This document shows, piece after piece, positions 10,642-22,583 of a DNA stretch of 64,000 nucleotides; within the stretch, counting starts at the first letter, position 1, and each line of letters opens with the position of its first letter. The stretch comes from Cyanidioschyzon merolae (Eukaryota), in NCBI GenBank assembly GCA_000091205.1, contig AP006498.2; one strand, written 5' to 3'. A program made the translations under genes and the position numbers. A model generated the notes under the pieces. That model was not told the origin of the DNA. It ran no database searches and saw only the letters and a list, made by a program, of their open reading frames with translations.

Positions 10642-12700
10642 CGTTACGCTCAGAGTAGTGAATTCTGGGCTGCATGCACCAGCACGCGCAATTGTTGCTG
10701 TCTGCGTTATCGCAGGTAGCCTAGAGAAGGAAAGCATGCTGTCGAGTGGAGAAATGATCACGGAATGACATGATGCTTTCATTGCTAGCCTGAGGAAAAC
10801 CGCCGCATTTCTCCAAGTCAGTCATGCTGCGGTCAGCGGGCGGATGAGGCGCCCTTCTCCCAGTGCATGTCGTGAACGGTACGCACCCAGAACGGTACTT
10901 TTTCGGTTCTAGCTGCACGAAGCGCTCCTCGTCGAGCAACTCCGCTCCGTGTGTTCTCGAAAACATCGTACAAAATGAGCCACAGGATGTGCAGTCTCGG
11001 CACCGTCGACACGAACGGTGATGGAGAGACACGGATACTCGAGGCGAAAAACACGCTTCCCTGGGGCAGCATACTGCGTCGAAGGATACACTGTCGATTT
11101 CGTACGGAAACGGGAACGCGTATTCCACGAGATATACGGACGATCGTCTCTGTCGATGAGACTTCATTTGGGTGCGCTGCTGCATCTGTACGTATTTGGG
11201 CGGAGAGGCGCAAACCGCAGGTCGTCAAAGAGCGACGAGTGAGCAGTCGGATACGTCCAGCCCCAGCGGCGCCTCGAGCCGGTTGTCTACTGCACATCAC
11301 CGAACGGGCGGGATCGTTCAACACCTCATGCTTCGTCGTCAGACGCTGTGTGGCTTTTTCGTTCCAGATGCATTTGTGCCGCTTTCGGGAATCGCCGCTT
11401 TCCATCCCTCAAGGCGGTCATGGGGCACGCGGCTGATTCTGGCGTCGAGCTGCTCTTGGTGCGCGTCTATGCTCCGTAGGTCGGTGGTGTCGAAGGCGTG
11501 GGCGTTGCCGGTAGACGCCATCTCTACGCTCATGGATACATAGATGAGTCTTTCGCATCCGGTACACCGAACGATTCGGGATGTCACTCGGAATGCGCCC
11601 AGCTGCTTACGCTGGGAAGACTCGCCTAGCTCGCCGCGCCTTGATGCACCTCGCCAAGCAAGTATTCGCAGAACTTTCGGACGCTAGGCTACCAGCTGTC
11701 CAGAGACCTCTCGAATTTTTCGATCAAACTTCCCAGCGACAATGCAAGTTATGTTCGGGTGAGAGGCTGCACTGCGAACGCATTTTCTCCCAGGCTCGCT
11801 GCAGTCGGGCGTTGGACATGATGGACGGCAGGGGGCATACCGACACACATGGAATGACGGCATCAGGACCTGTTTCAAAGCTCTGAGCATCGTACTGAGC
11901 AAACGGGGATGCTTTGAACGCTCTGTATAGTCAGCACATTTGCGTGCAACTGGCACATGCGTACAATCTATGGTAAAAGTATATGAGAAAGCGATCGGAT
12001 CGCCGATTGTATCAGTTGCATGGACGCAAGAAACATGCATTCACCAACTTGTCCAATGAGTTGGGAAATGAAATGAACAATGATTAGCATCGACCGGTTT
12101 TAGTGTATGGAGCTGGACTTGCCGTAGCGCGCAGAGTACGCCCCGCTGGTGCCCCTCCGACAGCCCACATCGAGTACGGGTAGCAATTCTGAACAACTCC
12201 CATCGATGCATTCATGACGACAGAAACGCATCTCGAGCAAGATTGCATGAGGAAACAGGTAGAGGATAAGAGCGTGAATAGAGCCGGATGCATGAGATGG
12301 TGTACTGCAAGGTGAACGAAAGTCAAATGGCGAGGTAATCGACGGTGAGCGACTTGCTATGTTCTGATTCGTCATGCAACCATGCCCGCAAACACTCTCT
12401 GCACTGCTACTTGCATGACGCGATCGATATGCAGCGAAATGTGTTGTGCTTGCCAGGCTTCCGGCAGCTTTGCGTTGAACGAACTTTCTAGGATATCGTT
12501 TAGTGCTCAGTATGAGCATAGCGCTGACAAGTCGCAGACTTTCGATGGCAAAAATCAGTGGCACTGCATCGAACGACTGGCTTCTATCCTGGTGCAAGCC
12601 AGTTGTGTGGTACGCTTCAGCAGTTCCTCAATGCTACAGCGCCGTGTGTATCCACCGGAAGCAGTTTTCCTGGCCAATTAGAAAGCGATCATAGTGTTCC
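10642..12700. mobile_element. Degenerate ~2-kb repeat element, copy 1 (IS630/Tc1-mariner-like DDE transposase remnants, tentative)
   Basis: 10642-11569 is ~98% identical to 18222-19149. The adjoining 11570-12700 aligns at lower identity with 19150-20640, giving the same segment order and orientation at both loci. Plus-strand frames contain DDE-transposase-like strings: IVSVDETSFG...RIWAERRKPQVVKERR, ...AGCLLHITERAGSFNTSCFVV, and LPAVQRPLEFFDQT (LPASRISLKFFDQT in copy 2). Several frameshifts are present, so this is a dead copy. Confidence 0.4.
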
Positions 12701-13212
12701 ACGATGCGATACAACTGATTCCATTTCCTCATCGCCAGGTCGCGACAGCTCCCGGCTCCGGCGGCGGCCTCTGTAAACTGCACCGGTCTTGGCCCGACTC
12801 GAGCAGTGCAGCGCACTCTGCGGAATATTTTTCATTCGGATGGATTGTACAGCGAACCGTCTCCAACCCGGTAACCCGTGGCCGTCTCGTATCGCAACGG
12901 TGATCAAATACGCGAAAACCGCTACCCCGAACAGCGCTGATCGTTCCCGGGGCTCGCGAATATTCGCGTACGCGCTAGAGCTCATCGTCCTATCCTCCAT
13001 CGCTCTAATCGAGTACAAGATATCAGCTGTGGCGAACGATCCTCGCCAGTCTCGCAAAAAACGCGGAAGCCTCCGCGATCCTCAGCTGCGCATCCGGTGA
13101 GGCTGCACCAAACGCCCAAACGCCTCAGCACCGCACTCGAGGCAACCCCAGCTCGATGACGATTAGATCGCATGTGCTCATGACGCATACCGCCGAAGCT
13201 GCAAACCAACGA

Positions 13213-14673
13213 TCACTTGTGCTTATCATCGTTCGAGTCAGCGAAGAAAAAGCGCCTCAAGCGCTCCCAGACAGTCCCCGGTTCCTTCTCCGGGGTCGAT
13301 GTCTTTTGCGGTTGAGGCCGCTCGCCTTGAGCTGCCGTTGTCGGGGTACCCCAAAACTGACGCCCGAACCAGCTATCCCAGCCGCTGTCCGCTCGTCGAC
13401 TCTGTTCATCGGCACGCTCAGCGGTTCGCCGCTGTGTCGGATCCCGACGACGCTGCAACCACTCCAGAACAGCGTCGAGGCGACTGAGGAGACTACCACC
13501 ACCGGAGGCAGGACCCTCGGTCGTGCGGCTACCGAGTCCCCAGCGTCGAGCTCTGCGGCGCAACGCCAACTCCTCTCGCAGATGTTCTTCTATGTACACG
13601 AAATAGAGATAACCAAAGATCGCTCCGCCCAAATGCGCAGCAAAGTCGATGTAGCCGAAGCGCCCGACGACACCGATGACGTCGAAGAGCACCCACAGCA
13701 GACAGGCTTCCTGTGCAGTCATCTTGATGCCCATGACGTAAAGGGATGAACGCGGAAAAAGCATCGCAAACATGACCAAAACCGCCATGACGCTACCGCT
13801 CGCACCGATGGAGACCGCACCCGACAACCGCAACCTTTTGTAAAGTAGACTCATCGCCGAGGAGAGAAAGGCACCTCCGGCGTATAAGGTGAGAAAGCGC
13901 GATGGACCGAGCACTTTGCACACATCTAGACCGAAATTGGCGAGAAGAAACATGTTCCCCAGAAGATGCAAGAAACCCATATGTGATATGGAGCTGGTGA
14001 GGAGCGTGTGCGTCCGCCCTGCGTAGAGCGACTCGAGCGAGCAGGCAAAATGACGCCACATGAACGGCGGTCCGCCTGGTCTGCTCTTCCATGCCAAGTA
14101 CACCAAACCATTCAGCAAAATCAGGGAAAGAATCGTACGACCTTCTCGTGACGCCCATGAGCGTCGGACCCGGTCGCCCATGCTGCGTACCCAGTCCAAT
14201 AGTGCGTCTAGGTTTTGCTCAAGGTCACCTGGACGAAAGCAGAGCGCTTGCGGACCTCCGTGTTGTTCCTTGCTACCCGACGGGAGCTTGTCTCTCGTTT
14301 GCGAAACACCGGACAAGTTGAAAGTGTCTGATTCGTTGTGCGAGACGCAGTGCCCCAGCACCGCAAGTCCGCCGAGACCGCTCCAGACTGCTGGGGCAGC
14401 GCTAGCACGGGCACCGCTCCAGCGGTAAAAGCGCGCCATTCGCCACACTGGGGTCTGGAGTTGCACGCGCAGCTTCTCTGCAAGAAGCGAGCTGCTCATT
14501 AGAGACATTCCAGCCTCGTGGCAGGTGCTTCGTTGCTCGACGAAGCCCGGACGGCATCCGGGGCTGTCGACCTGCAGCGGCCGAGCGACATACCGTAACC
14601 AGCGTCGACCAACAGAGCCAAGGCCCTGTCGAATCGGTCCAAGCATAGTCCCTGGTAACCGAAAGATGGTCAC
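13213..14673 (-). CDS. Rhomboid-family intramembrane serine protease (PARL-like?)
   Basis: Catalytic GxSG motif GASGSVMAVLVMFAMLFP and downstream catalytic His in AAHLGGAIFGYLYF. Multiple hydrophobic helices in the C-terminal half; long soluble N-terminal region. Listed start is GTG; first ATG at 14646. Confidence 0.7.
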   Translation of the reverse strand: MTIFRLPGTMLGPIRQGLGSVGRRWLRYVARPLQVDSPGCRPGFVEQRSTCHEAGMSLMSSSLLAEKLRVQLQTPVWRMARFYRWSGARASAAPAVWSGLGGLAVLGHCVSHNESDTFNLSGVSQTRDKLPSGSKEQHGGPQALCFRPGDLEQNLDALLDWVRSMGDRVRRSWASREGRTILSLILLNGLVYLAWKSRPGGPPFMWRHFACSLESLYAGRTHTLLTSSISHMGFLHLLGNMFLLANFGLDVCKVLGPSRFLTLYAGGAFLSSAMSLLYKRLRLSGAVSIGASGSVMAVLVMFAMLFPRSSLYVMGIKMTAQEACLLWVLFDVIGVVGRFGYIDFAAHLGGAIFGYLYFVYIEEHLREELALRRRARRWGLGSRTTEGPASGGGSLLSRLDAVLEWLQRRRDPTQRRTAERADEQSRRADSGWDSWFGRQFWGTPTTAAQGERPQPQKTSTPEKEPGTVWERLRRFFFADSNDDKHK

Positions 14674-15275
14674 GTTTGATCAGGACTGCGCTCGTCAGCG
14701 GTTGCGTCTGCAGCAGGTGTTCCCGTTCGAACGAACGAGCGAGCCCAGAAACCGCCACGTCACTGGACAGCGGCGAGGAGAAAGCAGGTGCCGCTGCTGC
14801 TGCAGAGCATTGTCGCGGATGCTGGTGCCGCGTTGTGCCGGGGGCGTTTCTGGGAGACCTCATCCATGGTCCTATCGTGACGACATGGCACTCTGGCGTC
14901 AAGTTGTGCAGGTATGTAAAGAGTCACGGGGTTTTGGCGAACAGTGTCGAGTCCGCGCTTCAAGCTCTGTGGAAAGGGCGCGTGTTTAGCAAGCGCTCTG
15001 GGGCACTGCGGACATCGAGAGAAACGCGCTGCTAGCGCATAGGAACAGGCTCGATTCCCCCAGTATCGATGATTATTAGCTTGAGCACTGATGAAGACTG
15101 CAGAGCGGCAGCAGAGCTTGCTGATTGCTGGGCGACAAGCACGAGACGCGAAGGCCACAGAGGAAACGCGGAGCTCCCCAAGGGACGACGCTCGCGCAGG
15201 TCGTCGAGCTTCAACGTGCCTGGACACCAGCTCGGAGGCCGTGTTGTCGACCGTTTGGATATCGTAGACAAAAGT

Positions 15276-17021
15276 CTACAGACCACTTGGGAAATGCGTT
15301 TGCCGCTCGAGGTTTTGAGCTGCTGTGGACTCACCAGCCCGCAGCATTCTTCGCATCCGCTTCGACGGCATTTCGGACGCTTGCGACGGCTCCAGGAGTG
15401 CCTGGCAATCCGAGTTCGCTTCGGAGCGTGCCGCCTCTTCGTTTTCAGGGACCTGGGGCTCTGTGTCACATGTTAAAGATTTGCCAGAGTGAATCGTTTC
15501 GGGTGCGACGCCATGCGTATTTTCCTTGTCTGCATCCGTCACGTTTTCGTTCAGTGCCGACGAATTCGACTCCGCGTTCATTGGCATAGCTCGCTGCGGA
15601 TGATCGACGGCCAGTTCATGATTGGAGCGTTGTCCATACAGGTTAAACTCGGCTTCTTGGTCTAAATTGCGAGCCGAGAGCGCTATTCGCCGAAGATGCT
15701 GCGCGTGGTCGCTCACGAGCCTATTTGCTTGCTGCGGTGCTGCATGAGAAGGATGCACTTGGAGCCGTGCGTCGCGACGCGGGCAATACGGCACGAGTGG
15801 CTTGCTTGGACGCAAACGTCGAAGCTCACCTCTTTTCCACCGCATGTACTGTTGAGCAGCGCCTTGTACTGCGAAAAACATCGCCCGCTCGGATGACTCA
15901 AAGCGGTGAAGCTGCTCGAGCGGGTCGCCGTCAAACGGGCTCTGGGCGCGATCAGCGATTTCAAGGCAGCGGGCCTGGTGAGCATCCAGCAGTACTGACC
16001 CGAGCTCCGCAAGCACTGCGTTACCGCCGCGCAAGCCATTCCTACTAGCAACGTTCCGAATGCGAAAATACTGCCGAAATCGTTGCACAACTGCATAAAA
16101 ATATGGGCATTTTTCGTTCAAGTTTGCGATACACGGGTCAGCGCGCAGTTCTCGAAGTGTTCTGGATCTCAGACTCGGCGGCAATTCGATGCGCACGAAC
16201 ATTCGTGCAGCCAACATTTCCGCCAACCAGAGTGGAAGATCACACGCCATATCGGGGAGCATGTCAAGTCCACCCGCGACCTCCTGCCGTTGCAAAAGTT
16301 GCTCCGATGAAGGGTTCGCCCCCGATGCCGACGCCCTCGTGACACCATATCCACTTGCTTGGAGCGCTGCCTGATGGGTCAAGGCAGCAGCAGCTGCTGC
16401 TGCTGCGGTCATGATGTCAGATCGATCTTTCGATAGTGCGTCGCGCGATAAGCGTCTCTCGAAATCCTGGACAGGTTCAGCTCTGTCTGATACACTGCTG
16501 CGCTCATTCTCCTGGGAGATGCCCTCTCCTGATGTCTCGGTGTGCGCGTGTACGAGGCTCGCAGCATTGACTTCGGCTTGCGCTGCGAATGATGCACCGC
16601 CGCTGGTGTCCAAACAGGCCATGCCTCGAACTCGTTCGAGGAAAACGCAGCGGAAACGGGTCTCCGCTGCGAGAATTTCATCTAGTGAATAGTAGTCTCT
16701 ATCGAGAAGCACGGGACCTGCATACGAGTTTGATCTTCGCTGGTGTTGACCGAAAGACGCTGTGCTGTGCGCGTGGCTCCAGGATTGCAGAGCGGGGTTC
16801 GTCCCCCGCTGGTTCATGGAAAGCGACACTGGGAGAGTCTCCGAATTATACCTGCCGACGAGCGTCTCTGCGCCGCGGGAGCCCATGCTTCCTTCTTTTC
16901 CGGACACAGGGAAGCGGTGATAGTGCCGCTGATTAAGCCGGCTTGGCGTAAACGACACCAGAGACGTTACTAGAGCGTGCTCGTGGCCTTGCCGATCCAC
17001 AAGCACCCAAGAAGCAACCAC
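15276..17021 (-). CDS. PSF3: GINS complex subunit Psf3-like protein with large insertions/extensions
   Basis: Matches GINS3 motifs: SLDEIL near the N-terminus, and DLPLWLAEMLAARMFVRIELPPSL...ADPCIANLNEKCPYFYAVV (human GINS3 has LELPLWLAKGLF...ELPKIY...ADPNVVDLHKMGPHFYGFG). Long Ala-rich and low-complexity insertions. Listed start is GTG; first ATG at 16886. Confidence 0.55.
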   Translation of the reverse strand: MVASWVLVDRQGHEHALVTSLVSFTPSRLNQRHYHRFPVSGKEGSMGSRGAETLVGRYNSETLPVSLSMNQRGTNPALQSWSHAHSTASFGQHQRRSNSYAGPVLLDRDYYSLDEILAAETRFRCVFLERVRGMACLDTSGGASFAAQAEVNAASLVHAHTETSGEGISQENERSSVSDRAEPVQDFERRLSRDALSKDRSDIMTAAAAAAAALTHQAALQASGYGVTRASASGANPSSEQLLQRQEVAGGLDMLPDMACDLPLWLAEMLAARMFVRIELPPSLRSRTLRELRADPCIANLNEKCPYFYAVVQRFRQYFRIRNVASRNGLRGGNAVLAELGSVLLDAHQARCLEIADRAQSPFDGDPLEQLHRFESSERAMFFAVQGAAQQYMRWKRGELRRLRPSKPLVPYCPRRDARLQVHPSHAAPQQANRLVSDHAQHLRRIALSARNLDQEAEFNLYGQRSNHELAVDHPQRAMPMNAESNSSALNENVTDADKENTHGVAPETIHSGKSLTCDTEPQVPENEEAARSEANSDCQALLEPSQASEMPSKRMRRMLRAGESTAAQNLERQTHFPSGL

Positions 17022-18221
17022 TCGTCTCTCTTGAGTAGGGAGCGCTGCCCCAGCGGATCTGGCGGTTTGAATTGAGGAGCGCGGGGTACGGGCGCGCCTC
17101 CTGCGCTGCGCTGCTGCGCGCCTTCCGATTGATGGGGTAGCAGATCAAAGGCTGATTGATGAATGCATGGTGGAGCACTTTGTATTTGAACGGGTCGTAG
17201 ATGAATGAATGAATGGTTTTTTGCAGAGCACTCTGTACTTCTTTCAGTAATAGGTAATTCGTTGATTTATCTGTAGAGATCTTTTTAGATGGAACGTCCT
17301 ACGATCCGGACACGTGCGCTAGCTACGTGCGCCTTGCACCCCTGCAGTGACGTGTACCGAGCTGACGTCTGCACAGCTCGAGGGCAATGCATGCTCCACG
17401 TGACTTCAAAGATAGGGGTCTATACCCAGGCCTCGATCTGGTCGCCGCACTCCTCGAATGTATCGGTCCGCGTTGGCAGTCTCGCGTGCGCAGAATTCCA
17501 GCGCGAAGCCTGACGACGAGTTCCGGCCTCACGCCGGGCGAACGGTGCCTCGCACCGACGTCCGCAGGTATACACTGTAAGGCTGTTCCGTCTCTAGATG
17601 GCGACCGCAGCAGCGCTTCCCCGCTGTAGCAAGCGTGCCGAATGCGCTTGGCACCAGGACGATCGCTCGATTGAACTGGCTTAGATTCTTCGGAGAAATC
17701 CTGCGTTGGAGATTATGGTGCATAGAGGCGGATGCGGAAGGACAGAGACTCTTTTGTTGCTCTCCGGTAGCGTTTGCGTATCTGGAGAAATCGCGGGTAG
17801 ACTCATTGATCTTGTACGGTGAAGAATTGTGCAATACCCGGTGGGATTCAGCTTTAGGATAATGCACCGTGACGGGTGCCCGGTGCAACGCCATGCATAT
17901 CGGTCCCATGCGCGATGATGCTTTTGGATGACTACGAGTCGCCGCTGCCGTCATTTTTGACCGAGTCGAGGTTGCGCAAGGATCAGCAGTTCGCCGTTTG
18001 GAATAGAGCGCTCCATGAATACAATCCGATGGATGCGATATCGACAGAAACACTCTATCAAGTATAACCGTTGTCATTACATTTGCTTCATTCGCGGAAC
18101 CTATTGAAATAGACTTGCAATCGGTTGTGGCGCATCACTGCCGTGAATGGCAACAAAAAAAGCAGCCGGCTCGGTTACAGCCGAGCGGCTGTGTTGCATG
18201 GTGTAATCAGCACACCGGGGC

Positions 18222-20640
18222 GTTACGCTCAGAGTAGTGAATTCTGGGATGCATGCACCAGCACGCGCAATTGTTGCTGTCTGCGTTATCGCAGGTATCC
18301 TAGAGAAGGAAAGCATGCTGTCGAGTGGAGAAATGATCGCGGAATGACATGATGCTTTCATTGCTAGCCTGAGGAAAACCGCCGCATTTCTCCAAGTCAG
18401 TCATGCTGCGGTCAGCGGGCGGATGAGGCGCCCTTCTCCCAGTGCATGTCGTGAACGGTACGCACCCAGAACGGTACTTTTTCGGTTCTAGCTGCACGAA
18501 GCGCTCCTCGTCGAGCAACTCCGCTCCGTGTGTTCTCGAAAACATCGTACAAAACGAGCCACAGGATGTGCAGTCTCGGCACCGTCGACACGAACGGTGA
18601 TGGAGAGACACGGATACTCGAGGCGAAAAACACGCTTCCCTGGGGCAGCATACAGCGTCGAAGGATACACTGTCGATTTCGTACGGAAACGGGAACGCGT
18701 ATTCCACGAGATATATGGACGATCGTCTCTGTCGATGAGACTTCGTTTGGGTGCGCTGCTGCATCTGTACGTATTTGGGCGGAGAGGCGCAAACCGCAGG
18801 TCGTCAAAGAGCGACGAGTGAGCAGTCGGATACGTCCAGCCCCGGCGGCGCCTCGAGCCGGTTGTCTACTGCACATCACCGAACGGGCGGGATCGTTCAA
18901 CACCTCATGCTTCGTCGTCAGACGCTGTGTGGCTTTTTCGTTCCAGATGCATTTGTGCCGCTTTCGGGAATCGCCGCTTTCCATCCCTCAAGGCGGTCAA
19001 GGGGCACGCGGCTGATTCTGGCGTCGAGCTGCTCTAGGTGCGCGTCTATGCTCCGTAGGTCGGTGGTGTCGAAGGCGTGGGCGTTGCCGGTAGACGCCAT
19101 CTCTACGCTCATGGATACATTGATGAGTCTTTCGCATCCGGTGCACCGCTTTTCGACAAGTCGCCCTCAGTATTCACCAGCCATGAACTGCTCTGTTGCG
19201 GCTCTGCTCAATCGAGGTAGGGAGCGGAAAGGTGCGCCTTTATCAGTAAGCATGCTCGCGACGGAGAAGGTGACGAAAACGTACTTGAGGAATATTCCAT
19301 AGATGTATGCAAAAGGCGAGTTTCCCACACATCGTCGACCTAGTGAGTCTCATTCTCCAGGTAAAGCGGATTCGTCATACATCGCCCACATGTATGTTAT
19401 GCCGCATGTTCAACAGAAGAAAATGAAGAAACCACCGGGCAGAGAGCAGAAGGAACAGAAAGCAGGAACAGTCACAGTAGAAAAATTGGTCCTAAACTAT
19501 TACCGAGCCCTGTCATCCCGGACACACCAACAGGGAGAATCTATCAAAAAGCGAGATGCAGGGCGTCATGGAGGATCGCGTAGCTTCCTACTCGAGGGGG
19601 GCTCTTCCGGCTTCTCCCGCCTTGACGAACCTCGCAAATCGACTGTTTGTGAGCATCCGGGATGCAGGGCTGCCAGCTTCCCGAATTTCTCTGAAATTTT
19701 TCGATCAAACCTTCTTGCGAAAGCACAACGAATGCCCGGGACGGAAGATGCAAGACGACCTGGCTATGGGGTCAGAGCATTGTGCACACGCTTCCCAGAA
19801 TACATGGAGACGTCGCAGCGCAACGCTCGAGATCGAAATGAACCAAAGCCCAGGTGCCAAAAAGGCATCAAGACTATCTCAAAACCCTAAACGATACACG
19901 GGTCAATGTGGAGCGCCGCAGGAACGGCACCCTGTGAGCGCGGTTCCCGCGTCTCACTGACCGCGGAATGTACGGACTGATAGAAAGGATTCTATACTTC
20001 AGAGATTAGATGAGCATCCAGAATGACTCATGCCAGCGCCCTTCGGACGGAGTGCATAAAACCGTGCTGGGGTCGCCACTGGATTCAATGGCACGGAGGC
20101 AGGAAGCGCATGTTCGCCAGCTTGTTCAACGAACTGGAAAAGGGACTAACGGGTACGCCGCGTCGTTTCATTACAGACTCTGGCGCTGGACGTACCGTAG
20201 CGCACGCGGACGCTGCACGCATCGACCTTCGACGAAAGCGTACACAGCGCGAGAATCGATTCTGTACGATTCCCATCGATGTGTTCAGGACGACGTGCAC
20301 ATAGCATGAGCACGACTGCACGCCAAGTCAAGTATAAAGGAATGGAACATGGAGCCCGATGCACGACATGGGGTATAGAGAGATGCCCGAACGCCAGATG
20401 GCGCTGCAATCGAAAGGCGAGAAGCTTGCTATGGTAGGATGGCACCAGCACGAATGCCTGCATGCACCCTCTGCACCGAGACTTGAACGCCGTGATCACC
20501 ATCAGGAAATGCGTTGTGCTTCCGGCGCGTCCAGTGTGTTCGTGTGAAGCGAATTCCAAAGGAAATCGTTTATAACTCACTTTGGGCACTGAGGTCCAAC
20601 GCTGCAGACTTGCCATCAAAATAGCACTCAGTGGCTACCA
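18222..20640. mobile_element. Degenerate ~2.4-kb repeat element, copy 2 (same family as 10642-12700)
   Basis: 18222-19149 is ~98% identical to 10642-11569. Downstream 19150-20640 is diverged but colinear with 11570-12700 (conserved aatttttcgatcaaac block and FFDQT-encoding region; 20085-20321 and 12084-12330 encode related peptides). Immediately upstream lies a perfect-stem hairpin gcagccggctcgg-ttaca-gccgagcggctg preceded by an A-run (18150-18186). Confidence 0.4.
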
Positions 20641-20663
20641 GAGAGAGGGAGAGAGAGAGAGAG
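20641..20663. repeat. (GA)n microsatellite
   Basis: gagagagggagagagagagagag. Confidence 0.85.
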
Positions 20664-20860
20664 CTTCGGATTCCCACCGCCTGAAGCACGACACTGGCAT
20701 GGAGCAATCAGCAATCCATGTAGGCTGCAGCGCCATATCCATAGATCGGACACGTTTTTCCTGGGCATTTCGTCGACGATAATGGTGTCCTATTATTCAG
20801 TATAACTGGGCATACCAGAGGAATCCGCAAAATCGAATCTTCCTCATTCGCTTCGCTCCT

Positions 20861-21850
20861 TTAAAACCCGGGATGCACTCGCAAGTCACGTCCGCGGCGT
20901 ATTTCAGCATCGAGGTCCTCGGCCGCACGTCGCGGATCTTCAGCACCCAGGATAGCTGATATGCACGCTATACCTGCGGCCTTACCCTGGGAAATACATT
21001 GTCTAGCGTTAGAGATTCCAATACCTCCGACAGCAAGCACCGGGAGTGGTGCAACCGCTTCCACGATGTGTGCCAGTCCACGGATACCAATCGGTGCACC
21101 CGCATCGAGTTTTGTCTGTGTGCCAAATACCGGGCCACAGCCGATATAGTCCAACCGTATGGGGCGTTCCGCGGTACTCGCTTGTTTCAAAGCTGTGACT
21201 TCAGACAACGAGCCAGCAGATGCGCCTATGATCCAGTCAGCAGGCACGAGCTTCTGTACATATTCCAAGGGCATATCTTCTTGGCCAACGTGCAAGCCAT
21301 CCGCGTCCACCGCAAGCGCCAGGTCTAGCCGATCGTTCATGAGAAAAGGAACACCCGCTGCAGCACAAACCGCACGCAGTCGTTTGGCGAGTTCCAGCGT
21401 CTTGCGCAGTGAGCTCCTCTTATCTCGCAGCTGGACCGCTCGCACGCACCCAGAGGCCAACGCACGCTCCGTAAGCTCTTCTAGTGACTGCCTCGACCCT
21501 AGTTGTGAAACATAGGCTACGTCTGCAATGAGATACAAAGAGAGATCGGTGCGCGTGCTTCTGAACGGTGTCAGGCGGTCACCTGCTGCATGAAGTGGTA
21601 CAGCGTAACGTTCCCCGCGTCTTCGACATCGCCGCTGTTCACCGTGCAGGTCGAGCGAAGCAGCTCGGTGCCTTGCGAACCAGCTGCCGCTGCCTACTGC
21701 TCTTCGTTGGATGAAACTTAAACCTGTTGCCGTGAACGCAGGCGTGGTGCCGCAGCAGTGCCCCAGCAGGCACGACTGCGTTCCCATGGAAACGGGCGAG
21801 CGCTTACCGCGAGGTCGTTCCGAACGTGTTGCCAGATTACAATGGAACAC
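20861..21850 (-). CDS. thiE: Thiamine-phosphate synthase (ThiE / TMP-PPase)
   Basis: Conserved ThiE blocks: LSLYLIAD, AVQLRDK, LMNDRLDLALAVDADGLHVGQEDMP, IIGASAGS, DYIGCGPVFGTQTK, PVLAVGGIG. Listed start is GTG; first ATG at 21787. ~90-aa N-terminal extension may be a targeting peptide. Confidence 0.8.
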   Translation of the reverse strand: MFHCNLATRSERPRGKRSPVSMGTQSCLLGHCCGTTPAFTATGLSFIQRRAVGSGSWFARHRAASLDLHGEQRRCRRRGERYAVPLHAAGDRLTPFRSTRTDLSLYLIADVAYVSQLGSRQSLEELTERALASGCVRAVQLRDKRSSLRKTLELAKRLRAVCAAAGVPFLMNDRLDLALAVDADGLHVGQEDMPLEYVQKLVPADWIIGASAGSLSEVTALKQASTAERPIRLDYIGCGPVFGTQTKLDAGAPIGIRGLAHIVEAVAPLPVLAVGGIGISNARQCISQGKAAGIACISAILGAEDPRRAAEDLDAEIRRGRDLRVHPGF

Positions 21851-22583
21851 TGAACTGGACAGGTTGTACCTGCTGTGCGATTCTTTTCGGAACTAATTTT
21901 TTTCGCTGTACTTCCTTGACATTGGAGGTGCAGCGACAAGGGCTTGCGAATTCATGTGTATTTTGCGGATTCACGGTCGTGTATTCGGAGAGGCTCCTTC
22001 GAGACGCGGCTGTTGAAATCGGGTCCGTCATCGGAATCGAGATGATTTGCGACGCACTCGAACGATGCCTCGTAAAGTGACGGACATCATGATTCAATGC
22101 ATGTGTAGCATTCGCCGTGCTTCACATATGCCAGCGTGTAGCATGCTCGCATCATGCACGCTTCAAGCTTTCGATTTTTTCATTTGAAGGCAACTGGTTC
22201 GCGGAGCAATCTGTGGCGCCCGATTCACGACTAATCAGATAGAACCTTGTCCGTCGACGATTTGTTCGCAAGTTCATGCAGAGATTTCCTGAAACTCCTC
22301 ATGCCAAATCGTCGATTCGCCTCGAAATACAAATCCTCTCCTGTTTGTTGACATCCGCGAATCGCGATTCGACGGCAGCGGAATCATTCACGTACGGGAA
22401 CAGCTCCATGAGACTTCCGTCCCTCTTCTTCCCATGGAATCGAGTCTCGGTCTCGGACTTGCATTATCAAATGGATCGCATGTACTGAAGCCTGCGTCAT
22501 CGCTGTGTACGAAGCGGTCGTCGACGGATCGAGATTTCTCGACTTGGTCTCCAGCCTAGATTGTCCCACCGGTACATGTTTCA

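Noticed and set aside
13156-13749. 197-aa plus-strand ORF antisense to the rhomboid gene
   Set aside because: Entirely within a well-supported gene on the opposite strand. Composition-driven.
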